From Rickettsiales bacterium (lineage in GTDB: Bacteria > Pseudomonadota > Alphaproteobacteria > Rickettsiales > UBA3002), in assembly GCA_028281385.1 (NCBI GenBank), contig JANQJY010000049.1, positions 73,774-137,773 on the forward strand: a stretch of DNA of 64,000 nucleotides. Direction: 5' to 3'. Every line of letters begins with the position of its first letter. Positions within the stretch are counted from its first letter, which is position 1. Below, piece after piece: positions 23,830-31,445 of this stretch. Under the pieces are notes generated by a model. The model saw nothing but the letters and a program-made list of their open reading frames with translations, searched no databases and was not told the origin of the DNA. Both the position numbers and the translations under genes were made by a program.

Positions 23830-24798
23830 TTATGCCTTATCACTACCCCACGGGCTGACCGCCTGTGATCCGCCGCCCTGTTTGATGCTGTTAAATACCG
23901 CGAGTGCCTGTGCCACCATGGAACCAGCATCATTGGCATTGGCGGGCAGCAGAATGGTATTGGATTCCTTGGCAATATTGCCGAAGGCTTTGACGTAATC
24001 CTCCGCTATTTTAAGTGCGACCGCGTCGTCACCGCCTTGTTTCTGAATGGCGATGGCGACCAACTCAATTCCCTTAGCGGTAGCGTCGGCAACGGCGAGA
24101 ATCGCCTCGGCTTCCCCTTTTGCGCGGTTGATCTGATCGGTCATTGCACCTTCAGAAGCAAGGACAACTTCCTGCTTTTCCCCCTCGGCAATGTTGATGG
24201 CAGACTGACGTTTACCTTCAGAATCAAGAATTTCCGCACGTTTCTGACGTTCCGCCGCGACCTGAAGCTCCATCGCCTTGAGCACGCTGGTCGGCGGCGT
24301 AATATTTTTAATCTCATAACGCATGCACTGAATACCCCAGGTTTGTGATGCGTCATTAATCGCATTAACAATATTGGCATTGAGTTTTTCTCGTTCTTCG
24401 AAACATTCATCCAGATTCAGTTTACCGATTTCCGAACGCATGGTCGTCTGTGCCAGTTGGGTGACGGCATAAATTGGATCATTCACCCCGTAAGACGCTT
24501 CGACCGGATCGACAATACGCACATAAATCAGTCCATCGAGCACCAGTGTTACGTTATCGCGGGTAATGGCAGTCTGTTCTTGTACGTCAAAGGCAAATTC
24601 CTTGAGCGAATGCTTGTAAGAAACACGTTCGATAAAAGGAATGAGAATATTCAGGCCGGGCTCGAGTTTGCGGTCAAATCGGCCAAGTTTTTCGACAATC
24701 CACGCGCTTTGCTGCGGCACGATCTTAATGCCTTTCCAGATAACCAGAAATGCGACAAAACCGAGAACCAGGAAAAAGAGCGAATCAAACCCGAACAT
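23830..24798 (-). CDS. SPFH/band-7 (stomatin/paraslipin-like) membrane protein
   Basis: An N-terminal TM segment followed by an SPFH domain (IVPQQSAWIVEKLGRF...TRDNV...). Paired with NfeD upstream. Confidence 0.9.
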   Translation of the reverse strand: MFGFDSLFFLVLGFVAFLVIWKGIKIVPQQSAWIVEKLGRFDRKLEPGLNILIPFIERVSYKHSLKEFAFDVQEQTAITRDNVTLVLDGLIYVRIVDPVEASYGVNDPIYAVTQLAQTTMRSEIGKLNLDECFEEREKLNANIVNAINDASQTWGIQCMRYEIKNITPPTSVLKAMELQVAAERQKRAEILDSEGKRQSAINIAEGEKQEVVLASEGAMTDQINRAKGEAEAILAVADATAKGIELVAIAIQKQGGDDAVALKIAEDYVKAFGNIAKESNTILLPANANDAGSMVAQALAVFNSIKQGGGSQAVSPWGSDKA

Positions 24799-24846
24799 AA
24801 TACCTCCCTCACTATGGTATGGAATGACAGAAGGGAGAGTAGCAGA

Positions 24847-25314
24847 TTACGCTTTAGGCGCAACGATTAGTTTGTTGCCTTTCACAGCGACGATGGTGAC
24901 GACGGTTGCGTCCTCAAGCATTTCTGCCCCGGCATCGTCAGCGATTTCGGCAGTCATGGTGGTGCCGGACCAACTGACCTGACCCTGCTTGCCTTTTTGA
25001 AGCCCGCCGCCTGAGACAATGGCAGTATCGCCGACCATATTGCTGTAGCTGTCGCTGCTGGAAGGGTTGGTGCGCCACTCCTTGAGTTTTTTCCATAATA
25101 AGGCGGCGAAAGCGGCGGTAATGGCAAAAAAGGCAGCGAATTGCGCAACCTGGTTCGTCTCGTCAATGACACCCAGATGTATCAGCACGCCGACGACCAC
25201 CGCTGCCAGCCCGGCAAACAGAAAGCCGATGCCCGGCACGCCGAATGCCTCAATTGCCAGCAATAAGGCTCCAGCGATCAACCAGTAATAGGAAATGGCG
25301 AAATCAACTTCCAT
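24847..25314 (-). CDS. NfeD-family membrane protein
   Basis: Three to four N-terminal TM segments plus a C-terminal OB-like soluble domain. This is the classic NfeD-SPFH operon partner. Confidence 0.85.
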   Translation of the reverse strand: MEVDFAISYYWLIAGALLLAIEAFGVPGIGFLFAGLAAVVVGVLIHLGVIDETNQVAQFAAFFAITAAFAALLWKKLKEWRTNPSSSDSYSNMVGDTAIVSGGGLQKGKQGQVSWSGTTMTAEIADDAGAEMLEDATVVTIVAVKGNKLIVAPKA

Positions 25315-25336
25315 GACAGCAGTTTAACGCAGGGGC

Positions 25337-25948
25337 CTATTCAAGACCAGCGCTTTCTTCTTCTACTGCATCTTCTACAGCCGGGGCAGGTGCAGCAGGA
25401 ATGGCCGCAGGAGCATTGCTCAGGCTGCGCAGATAGGCAATCAGATCAGCACGGTCCTGATCTTTTCTAATGCCGGCATACGCCATGATCGTGCCGGGCA
25501 GCCATTTTTTCGGTTTGTGCAGAAAGCCATTCAGCGCGTCATAATTCCAGTCGCCTTCTTTCGCTGTCAGGGCTTTGGAATATTTAAAGTCACCCGCTGC
25601 GCCTTTATCACGATTGACGATGTCCCACAGATTCGGGCCGGTTTTGGTCTTGCCACCCTGTTCACTCGTATGACAGGTTGCGCATTTTTTACCGAAAAAC
25701 TTTTCACCGGCTGCCACATCGGCAGAGTGCAGTAGCGGAATAATGCTGGCCAGTTCTTTCTGTGCTGCTACGGCAGCACCTGCGGGTGCCTCGACCACTT
25801 CGATGCTGTAGCCGCGTGTTTCGTGATGTGCTTCGCCGTGATGTCCGGCGTCGGCCCCACCATGATACAAAATCGTCGATACTTTTCCGGTGATCATGGC
25901 AATCAATCCGGCAAGCAATATGGCTCCAGCAATTTTATTCAGTTCCAT
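25337..25948 (-). CDS. Membrane-anchored c-type cytochrome (CycM-like)
   Basis: An N-terminal TM anchor, the CATCH haem-binding motif and ...MAYAGIRKDQDRADLIAYL. Confidence 0.85.
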   Translation of the reverse strand: MELNKIAGAILLAGLIAMITGKVSTILYHGGADAGHHGEAHHETRGYSIEVVEAPAGAAVAAQKELASIIPLLHSADVAAGEKFFGKKCATCHTSEQGGKTKTGPNLWDIVNRDKGAAGDFKYSKALTAKEGDWNYDALNGFLHKPKKWLPGTIMAYAGIRKDQDRADLIAYLRSLSNAPAAIPAAPAPAVEDAVEEESAGLE

Positions 25949-26092
25949 CGGTTACGCCTCTTTACTGATAGTAGATGAACTCAATGTTTCGCTTCTATAG
26001 CATGGCAAGAATAGCTTTGTGAAGGGAAACTCACATGACAAATGTCAATTTGCTTGCATTTGAGATGCCATGAGGATTTTGTGTCAGGCATC

Positions 26093-26830
26093 ATGTCTCA
26101 GCTTAACCCTATTATCCTTATTCCCGCCCGCCGCGCTTCCACCCGCCTGCCGGATAAACCGCTGGCGATGATCGGCGATCGCCCGATGATTGTGCATGTC
26201 TGGCAGCGGGCGATGGAAGCGGATCTGGGGCCGGTAGTCGTGGCCTGTGATGATCCGGAAATCGCCTGGGTGGTGGAAAATGCCGGCGGCAAGGCAGTGT
26301 TAACCTCGGCCGATCATCCTACCGGCTCGGACCGGATCTTCGAGGCACTTGAGATGGTCGATGGCGAAGGAGATCACCATCTAGTTATCAATCTGCAGGG
26401 CGATTTGCCGACGATTGAACCGGCATTGCTGGAAACCCTGATCATGCCGTTCGATCAGCCGGAAGTAGCGATCAGCACGCTGGCGGTGGAAATTACCGAT
26501 GAAACGGAAAAAATAACCCCTTCCGTCGTCAAGCCTGTTATCAGTTTCGATACCGAACGACAGGGCAGGGCGCTTTATTTCACTCGCGCCACTGTACCAT
26601 ATGGCGACGGTCCACTCTATCACCATATCGGTATTTACGCCTATCGGCGTGCGGCGCTCAGGCGGTTTGTCGCGCTGCCGCCTAGTCCGCTGGAACAGCG
26701 TGAGCAGCTCGAACAGCTTCGCGCGCTTGAAAATGACATGCGCATTGAGGTATGTATTGTCGATACCGAACCGCTCGGGGTTGATACGCCCGAGGATTTG
26801 GATAAAGCAAGGGAGTTGTTGGCATGTTGA
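26093..26830 (+). CDS. kdsB: 3-deoxy-manno-octulosonate cytidylyltransferase
   Basis: [18 protein letters not shown]...NLQGDLP...GVDTPEDL. The start is set at MSQLNP; the ORF-track start at 26042 adds 17 non-conserved residues. Confidence 0.93.
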   Translation: MSQLNPIILIPARRASTRLPDKPLAMIGDRPMIVHVWQRAMEADLGPVVVACDDPEIAWVVENAGGKAVLTSADHPTGSDRIFEALEMVDGEGDHHLVINLQGDLPTIEPALLETLIMPFDQPEVAISTLAVEITDETEKITPSVVKPVISFDTERQGRALYFTRATVPYGDGPLYHHIGIYAYRRAALRRFVALPPSPLEQREQLEQLRALENDMRIEVCIVDTEPLGVDTPEDLDKARELLAC

Positions 26831-26831
26831 T

Positions 26832-26907
26832 GTCATCCCAAGTGAAGAGCGTTAGCGATGACGAGGGATCTGGATTCCTCCGCATCTAACGATGCGTTCG
26901 GAATGAC
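26832..26907. repeat. REP/MITE-like element (family 2), copy A
   Basis: gtcatcccaagtga...gacgagggatctggattcctcc...ttcggaatgac. The termini are inverted, and it is collinear with copy B at 29672..29761. Confidence 0.7.
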
Positions 26908-26927
26908 GGAAGTAAAAGGAGCCTGTT

Positions 26928-27920
26928 ATGTATGGATTAGATGAAAGCAAACCTTATGACGTGGTCGGGATAGGTAACGCGATTCTCAATATTATCGCAG
27001 AGGCAGAGGATAATTTTCTTATCGAGCAAAGCATGGTCAAGGGTACTATGCAGTTGATTGACGATAAACGCGCTGCCGAACTTTATGAAGAAATGGGCCA
27101 GACCAAGGAAGTCTCGGGCGGATCGGCGGCGAATACGCTGGCAGGTATGGCACAGCTTGGCTCGCGAACGGCCTTTATCGGCAAGGTGCGTGATGATCAG
27201 CTGGGCAGGATTTACCGCCACGACCTCTGTGCTGTCGGGGTGCATTTCGATACACCGCCAACTACGGAAGGTGCACCGACTGGCTGCAGTTATATTCTGG
27301 TAACGCCTGATGCCGAGCGCACCATGAATACCTATCTCGGTGCCGGCAGCGAGATTTACGAAGAGGATGTGACGGAGGAGCTGATCGGCAATGCCAAAAT
27401 TGTCTATGGTGAAGGTTATCAATGGAGCACGCCGAAGAATAAGGATGCGTTGCGCAAGGCCTTTGTCATGGCGCGTGAGAATGATGCGAAGGTAGCGTTT
27501 ACATTGTCCGACGTGTTTTGCGTTGAGCATCATCGCACTGATTTTCAGATTCTGTTGGCTGAGCATTTCGACGTTCTGTTTGCTAATGAACAAGAGGTCG
27601 AAGCGCTTTATCCCGATCTATCTTTTGAGGACATAATGGATAAGATTCAGGGAGTAGCAGATGTGGTTGCTGTCACACGCGGAGCAGAGGGCTCGATTAT
27701 TCTCACGCCGGAAGAGCGGATCGAGGTAAAAGCAGCACCGGTCGGAAATCTGGTTGATACTACCGGTGCCGGTGATTTGTATGCTGCAGGTTTTCTACAT
27801 GGTTATTGTGTGGGCAGACCGTTGGTGGAATGCGGACGGCTGGGCAGTGCCTGTGCGGCGGAAATCATCCAGCAACTCGGTGCGCGTTCCATGCATTCGT
27901 TGAAGGATAAAGTGGCATGA
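26928..27920 (+). CDS. PfkB-family carbohydrate/adenosine kinase
   Basis: 330 aa with GGSAANT and the C-terminal DTTGAGDLYAAGFL signature. Confidence 0.8.
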   Translation: MYGLDESKPYDVVGIGNAILNIIAEAEDNFLIEQSMVKGTMQLIDDKRAAELYEEMGQTKEVSGGSAANTLAGMAQLGSRTAFIGKVRDDQLGRIYRHDLCAVGVHFDTPPTTEGAPTGCSYILVTPDAERTMNTYLGAGSEIYEEDVTEELIGNAKIVYGEGYQWSTPKNKDALRKAFVMARENDAKVAFTLSDVFCVEHHRTDFQILLAEHFDVLFANEQEVEALYPDLSFEDIMDKIQGVADVVAVTRGAEGSIILTPEERIEVKAAPVGNLVDTTGAGDLYAAGFLHGYCVGRPLVECGRLGSACAAEIIQQLGARSMHSLKDKVA

Positions 27921-27924
27921 AAGT

Positions 27925-27998
27925 GAAGTGGTGAAACGGTAAAATGGTTTTATGAAGTAAATAATAAACCATTTCACTGTGTCACTATTTCACCACTT
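27925..27998. repeat. Nested inverted repeat (GGTGAAAC family) spanning the kinase-ampG spacer and the ampG start
   Basis: The outer arms are aagtggtgaaa and tttcaccactt (11 bp). The inner arms are aaatggttt and aaaccattt (9 bp). It resembles 63713..63798. Confidence 0.5.
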
Positions 27999-29301
27999 TA
28001 CTATCTACACCCATCCAAAGCTATTGGTGGTGTTGTGTCTGGGTTTTTCCAGCGGGCTGCCGTTGCTGCTGGTGGGATCGACGCTGGGCGCGTGGCTGTT
28101 TGAATCCGGCATTGATAAAAAAACCATCGGTCTGTTTGCCCTCGTCTCGCTGCCCTATTCCTTCAACTTCCTGTGGGCGCCGGTGGTGGATCATGTGCCT
28201 ATCCCGTTTTTCACCCGCAGGCTCGGACGCCGGCGCAGCTGGATGCTGCTGTTCCAGACCGGACTGCTCTGTTCGATCGCGGCTTTTGCCTTTGCCGATC
28301 CGCTCGAAAGCACGGCGATGATTGCGTGGATTGCGGTGATGATCGCCTTTTTCTCAGCGTCGCAGGATATTGTGATTGACGCCTACCGCACCGAATATCT
28401 CGACAAGACGCAATATGGTGAAGGTGCGTCGATTGCGGTGTTCGGCTATCGGCTCGGCATGCTCACGGCCGGAGCCGGGGCGCTGGCGCTGGCGGACCAG
28501 ACGGTGTGGCAGCTGGTCTATCTGATCATGGCGGCGGCGATGCTGGTCGGCATGCTGACGGTGCTGATTGCCGGTGAGCCGGAAATATCGTCATTGCGAG
28601 GAAGCGACGAAGGTGCTGACGAAGCAATCCAGTCTGGATTGCCGCGCTCGGACGATGTCCTCGCTCGCAATGACACATCAATGAAACACTGGCTCTATAC
28701 CGCTGTGATCATGCCGTTTGAGGATTTCATGAAACGCCATCCGCAGTGGCTGCTGATTCTGCTGCTGATCCTGTTCTACCGTATGCCGGACGGCTTTATC
28801 GGTTTTATCACCACGCCGTTTTTCCTCGATATCGGTTTCAGCAAAAGCCAAGTGGCCGCCATCGCCAAAATCTATGGTTTCGGTGCGACGCTGGCTGGTG
28901 CGTTCATCGGCGGTGCGCTGATCCATAAGCTCGGTAGCATTCGCTGTCTGTGGTATTTCCTGCTGTTCCAGATCCTCACCAACCTGACTTATGTCAGTTT
29001 GAGCCTTCTCGGCCCCGACCCGTATTATCTGATGTTCGCCATCAGCATGGATAATCTCTCGGGCGGAATGATTACCGCTGTCGCCGTCGCCTATATGATG
29101 AGCCTGTGCAACCTCACCTACACCGCGACGCAATATGCGTTGCTGTCATCGCTGGCGTCGCTGGCGAGCAAGACCATGGCCGGATGGGCTGGCGTGGTCG
29201 CCGACATCCATGGTTGGAGCGCGATGTTCGGCCTAAGCGCGATCCTTGGCATTCCGGCGCTTTTGGTGCTGTTTCTCCTGCGCCGCCGCCTTGCCGGATG
29301 A
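27979..29301 (+). CDS. ampG: AmpG-family muropeptide MFS permease
   Basis: The GTG-start ORF MSLFHHFTIYTHPKLLVVLCLGFSSGLPLLL... is collinear with AmpG. It has 12+ TM segments and carries a repeat-derived insert in the central loop. Confidence 0.9.
   Translation: MSLFHHFTIYTHPKLLVVLCLGFSSGLPLLLVGSTLGAWLFESGIDKKTIGLFALVSLPYSFNFLWAPVVDHVPIPFFTRRLGRRRSWMLLFQTGLLCSIAAFAFADPLESTAMIAWIAVMIAFFSASQDIVIDAYRTEYLDKTQYGEGASIAVFGYRLGMLTAGAGALALADQTVWQLVYLIMAAAMLVGMLTVLIAGEPEISSLRGSDEGADEAIQSGLPRSDDVLARNDTSMKHWLYTAVIMPFEDFMKRHPQWLLILLLILFYRMPDGFIGFITTPFFLDIGFSKSQVAAIAKIYGFGATLAGAFIGGALIHKLGSIRCLWYFLLFQILTNLTYVSLSLLGPDPYYLMFAISMDNLSGGMITAVAVAYMMSLCNLTYTATQYALLSSLASLASKTMAGWAGVVADIHGWSAMFGLSAILGIPALLVLFLLRRRLAG
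28590..28674. repeat. Palindromic REP/MITE-like element (family 3) inserted in frame inside ampG
   Basis: The termini gtcattgcgag and ctcgcaatgac are perfect 11-bp inverted repeats, with a central palindrome gcaatccaga/tctggattgc. It translates as SLRGSDEGADEAIQSGLPRSDDVLARND. Confidence 0.7.
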
Positions 29302-29535
29302 CGGCATCAGCAGGTGTTCGACGGGAGTCTCGAGCGCCATGGCGATGCGCACGATATCGCGCAGCTGCATGTTGCCGCGCCCGCATTCGAGCAGATCGAG
29401 GGTGTGGATGCTGACCCTGCTGCGGCGTGCAAGCTGTTTCAGGCTTAGATGTTTTTCCAGACGGATCAGACGAAGCCGCGCGCCGATGATGCGGTGCAGT
29501 TCTTTGGTGTTATGATTGATTTTTTGGTGATTCAT
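29233..29535 (-). CDS. XRE-family helix-turn-helix transcriptional regulator
   Basis: LRLIRLEKHLSLKQLARRSRVSIHTLDLLECGRGNMQLRDIVRIAMAL is a Cro/C1-type HTH. Its 3' end overlaps the ampG 3' end by 69 nt. Confidence 0.8.
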   Translation of the reverse strand: MNHQKINHNTKELHRIIGARLRLIRLEKHLSLKQLARRSRVSIHTLDLLECGRGNMQLRDIVRIAMALETPVEHLLMPSSGKAAAQEKQHQKRRNAKDRA

Positions 29536-29671
29536 GATTGGTCTCCCTCACTGGTAAGGTTGGTATCGGGAGCCAAAACCACGCTACTACACGTGTGGGT
29601 TTATTCCCTGCGAGCAGGTATTGTATTCACCGCACTCCCGACGTAAGGGAGTGTTTGCGTATTTTTCATTC

Positions 29672-29761
29672 GTCATCCCGAGTGAGTCGCGCCGTAGCGT
29701 TAGCGTAGGCGGGCGACGAGGGATCCAGATTCCTCCAAACCTTCGGTTTGTTCGGAATGAC
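29672..29761. repeat. REP/MITE-like element (family 2), copy B
   Basis: gtcatcccgagtgag...gacgagggatccagattcctcc...ttcggaatgac. It has the same ends and core as copy A, with a longer internal tagcg-rich segment. Confidence 0.7.
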
Positions 29762-29883
29762 GGTGTAACAAATACACAGACACAAAACCCCTCTGTCGGG
29801 AGGGGAAGTCCGGTAGTAGTGGGCGGTTTTGACGCCAGAGATGAGTATAAAAGATTCGCCGCCGGGCCGCAAGCCTCTTGCTT

Positions 29884-29915
29884 GCTTACGGCCATGTCGC
29901 CTCGGGCGGCGGGAG
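29884..29915. repeat. Direct repeat 1: pseudo-copy of the hemF 3' end
   Basis: gcttacgg + ccatgtcgcctcgggcggcggg. The reverse complement reads LPPPEATWP-TAA, mirroring the true hemF end SLPPEARWP-TAG. Confidence 0.7.
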
Positions 29916-29916
29916 G

Positions 29917-29944
29917 TTGCCTTTTGTCCGTTCTATGGTAAAAT
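29917..29944 (+). promoter_or_regulatory. Putative sigma-70-type promoter of the TA operon (the transcript would be leaderless)
   Basis: TTGCCT-16 nt-TAAAAT, with the -10 element ending 6 nt before the antitoxin ATG. Confidence 0.35.
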
Positions 29945-29950
29945 CGCCCG

Positions 29951-30169
29951 ATGGAATCCTTTTTTACAGAAACAGGAAGTGAACTGGACGCCGCCCTGCA
30001 GCGGCTGGTGGCCAGCAGCGGCAAACCGGCCGACTATCATATCCGCCGGGCGTTGGAGAATTATCTTGAGGATATGCGCGACGCGGCTATTGCCGAAGAG
30101 CGTATCGCGCAATCGGAAGGCCGGATGAGCAGCGAGGAATTAAGGGTATCGCTTGGGCTGGACGATTGA
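29951..30169 (+). CDS. Type II antitoxin, RelB/ParD-like ribbon-helix-helix
   Basis: 72 aa. It overlaps the toxin ORF by 17 nt. The motif ...YHIRRALENYLEDMRD is RHH-like. Confidence 0.75.
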   Translation: MESFFTETGSELDAALQRLVASSGKPADYHIRRALENYLEDMRDAAIAEERIAQSEGRMSSEELRVSLGLDD

Positions 30170-30419
30170 ATATGACAAGGCCGTTGGTAAAGACCTGAAA
30201 CGGCTCGATACAGCAACCGCAAAGCGCATTCTCGATTATATGGATATGACGGTCGCCGAACTGGAGCATCCCAGACTTCGGGGTAAGGCGTTGCGGCATG
30301 ATCTGAAAGGATTGTGGCGGTATCGCGTGGGAGATTACCGGGTGTTATGCCGGCTGGAAGATGCGCAGCAGGTTGTTTTCGTGCTGCAGATCGAACATCG
30401 CCGCAGCGCTTACGGCTAG
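30153..30419 (+). CDS. Type II toxin, RelE/ParE family
   Basis: 88 aa. ...LKGLWRYRVGDYRVLCRLEDAQQVVFVLQIEHRRSAY is the canonical RelE/StbE C-terminal pattern. Confidence 0.85.
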   Translation: MGWTIEYDKAVGKDLKRLDTATAKRILDYMDMTVAELEHPRLRGKALRHDLKGLWRYRVGDYRVLCRLEDAQQVVFVLQIEHRRSAYG

Positions 30420-30445
30420 GGCCATCTCGCCTCGGGCGGCAGGGA
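30408..30445. repeat. Direct repeat 2: authentic hemF 3' end plus the relE stop
   Basis: gcttacgg-ctaggg-ccatctcgcctcgggcggcagg. It matches repeat 1 at 8/8 and 20/22 positions around a 6-nt insertion. Confidence 0.7.
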
Positions 30446-31423
30446 CATCAGAATCGCCTCGGTATTGCCGCCGGTCATTAGCCCGAAGCGCGTACCGCGG
30501 TCATAGAGCAGATTATATTCGGCATACCAGCCGCGCTTTTGCAATTGCCATTCGCGCTGGTCGTCGGTCCACTCTTTGTTCATATGACGGCGGATGAGTT
30601 CGGGATAGATATCGCGAAAGGCGCACCCGACTGCCTGGGTGAAGGCGAAACATGGTTCCCAGCCCATGCCGGTATCGGCGGCCAGTGCCATGCCGCTTGC
30701 GGTATGTTTGCCGTCGGCGCCGCCTTTGCCGAAACGCCCGGAGGTGACAGGCGAGTGGTCCGTTCCCAGCCCGTTCAGCCCAAGATAATCATAGAAAATA
30801 CCGCCGACGCCACGCGCCATGTTGCGATGGGGAATATAGAAATATTCATCGCACCAGGCTTTGAACGTCGGATAGAATGCCGGATCATAAGGATCGCAGG
30901 CGTCTTTGAAGGCATTGTGAAAATCCTGCGTGTCCTGTTCGAGCGGATACATCGGGTTCAAATCACCGCCGCCACCGAACCACAGGCGCGTGCCACCACC
31001 TATGCAGATCATGCGGGTATTGAAATGGGCAGCGGGAACCAGGGGCGAGTGCTGGTGCGCGACCAGGGAAATGCCCGAGGCCCAGTAACGTGGATCCTCC
31101 GCGGCGCCGGGAATTTCGTTTCTGAATTTTTCGTCAAACTCGCCATAGACGGTGGAGATATTCACCCCGACTTTTTCGAAGACACGCCCGCGCATCAGCG
31201 AGATTTCTCCTCCTCCTTCGGTTTTTGCGTTAAGCTTCCCGCTACGGTCTGCTGGCAGCGGTTCTTTCTCCCAGGCAGTGCGTTCGAACTGTCCTACCTC
31301 GCGGTCTTTCATCGGACCGTCAAGTTCCTGTTCCAGCTGCTCATAGCTGGCGCAAATCCCATCGCGCAACTGGCGAAACCATGCGGCGGCCGTGGCCTGT
31401 TTGTCTTCCAAGGAGTCTGTCAT
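30416..31423 (-). CDS. hemF: Oxygen-dependent coproporphyrinogen III oxidase
   Basis: WFGGGGDL, YFYIPHRNMARGVGGIFYD and GTRFGL..GGNTEAILMSLPP blocks. The start is set at MTDSLEDKQ; the frame stays open to 31462, but that extension is repeat sequence. Confidence 0.93.
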   Translation of the reverse strand: MTDSLEDKQATAAAWFRQLRDGICASYEQLEQELDGPMKDREVGQFERTAWEKEPLPADRSGKLNAKTEGGGEISLMRGRVFEKVGVNISTVYGEFDEKFRNEIPGAAEDPRYWASGISLVAHQHSPLVPAAHFNTRMICIGGGTRLWFGGGGDLNPMYPLEQDTQDFHNAFKDACDPYDPAFYPTFKAWCDEYFYIPHRNMARGVGGIFYDYLGLNGLGTDHSPVTSGRFGKGGADGKHTASGMALAADTGMGWEPCFAFTQAVGCAFRDIYPELIRRHMNKEWTDDQREWQLQKRGWYAEYNLLYDRGTRFGLMTGGNTEAILMSLPPEARWP

Positions 31424-31442
31424 TCCCGCGCAGGCGGGGATC
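31419..31442. repeat. 24-bp hairpin repeat (family 1), left terminus of the GIY-YIG unit
   Basis: gtcattcccgcgcaggcggggatc is 23/24 identical to the reverse complement of 31747..31770. Confidence 0.75.
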
Positions 31443-31445
31443 TTT

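Noticed and set aside
26042-26092. Upstream extensions of ORFs to the first in-frame start: kdsB at 26042, the lpoA-like gene at 60327, hemW at 62871 and the M16 peptidase at 41483.
   Set aside because: The extra residues are non-conserved or overlap the neighbouring gene. An internal ATG aligned with the family N-terminus, or with a signal peptide, fits better.
29587-30024. 145-aa minus-strand ORF across the XRE-TA spacer.
   Set aside because: Its translation is repeat-element sequence (for example GIWIPRRPPTLTLRRDSLGMT from the family-2 element) plus the hemF-tail pseudo-copy. There is no RBS and no recognisable domain.
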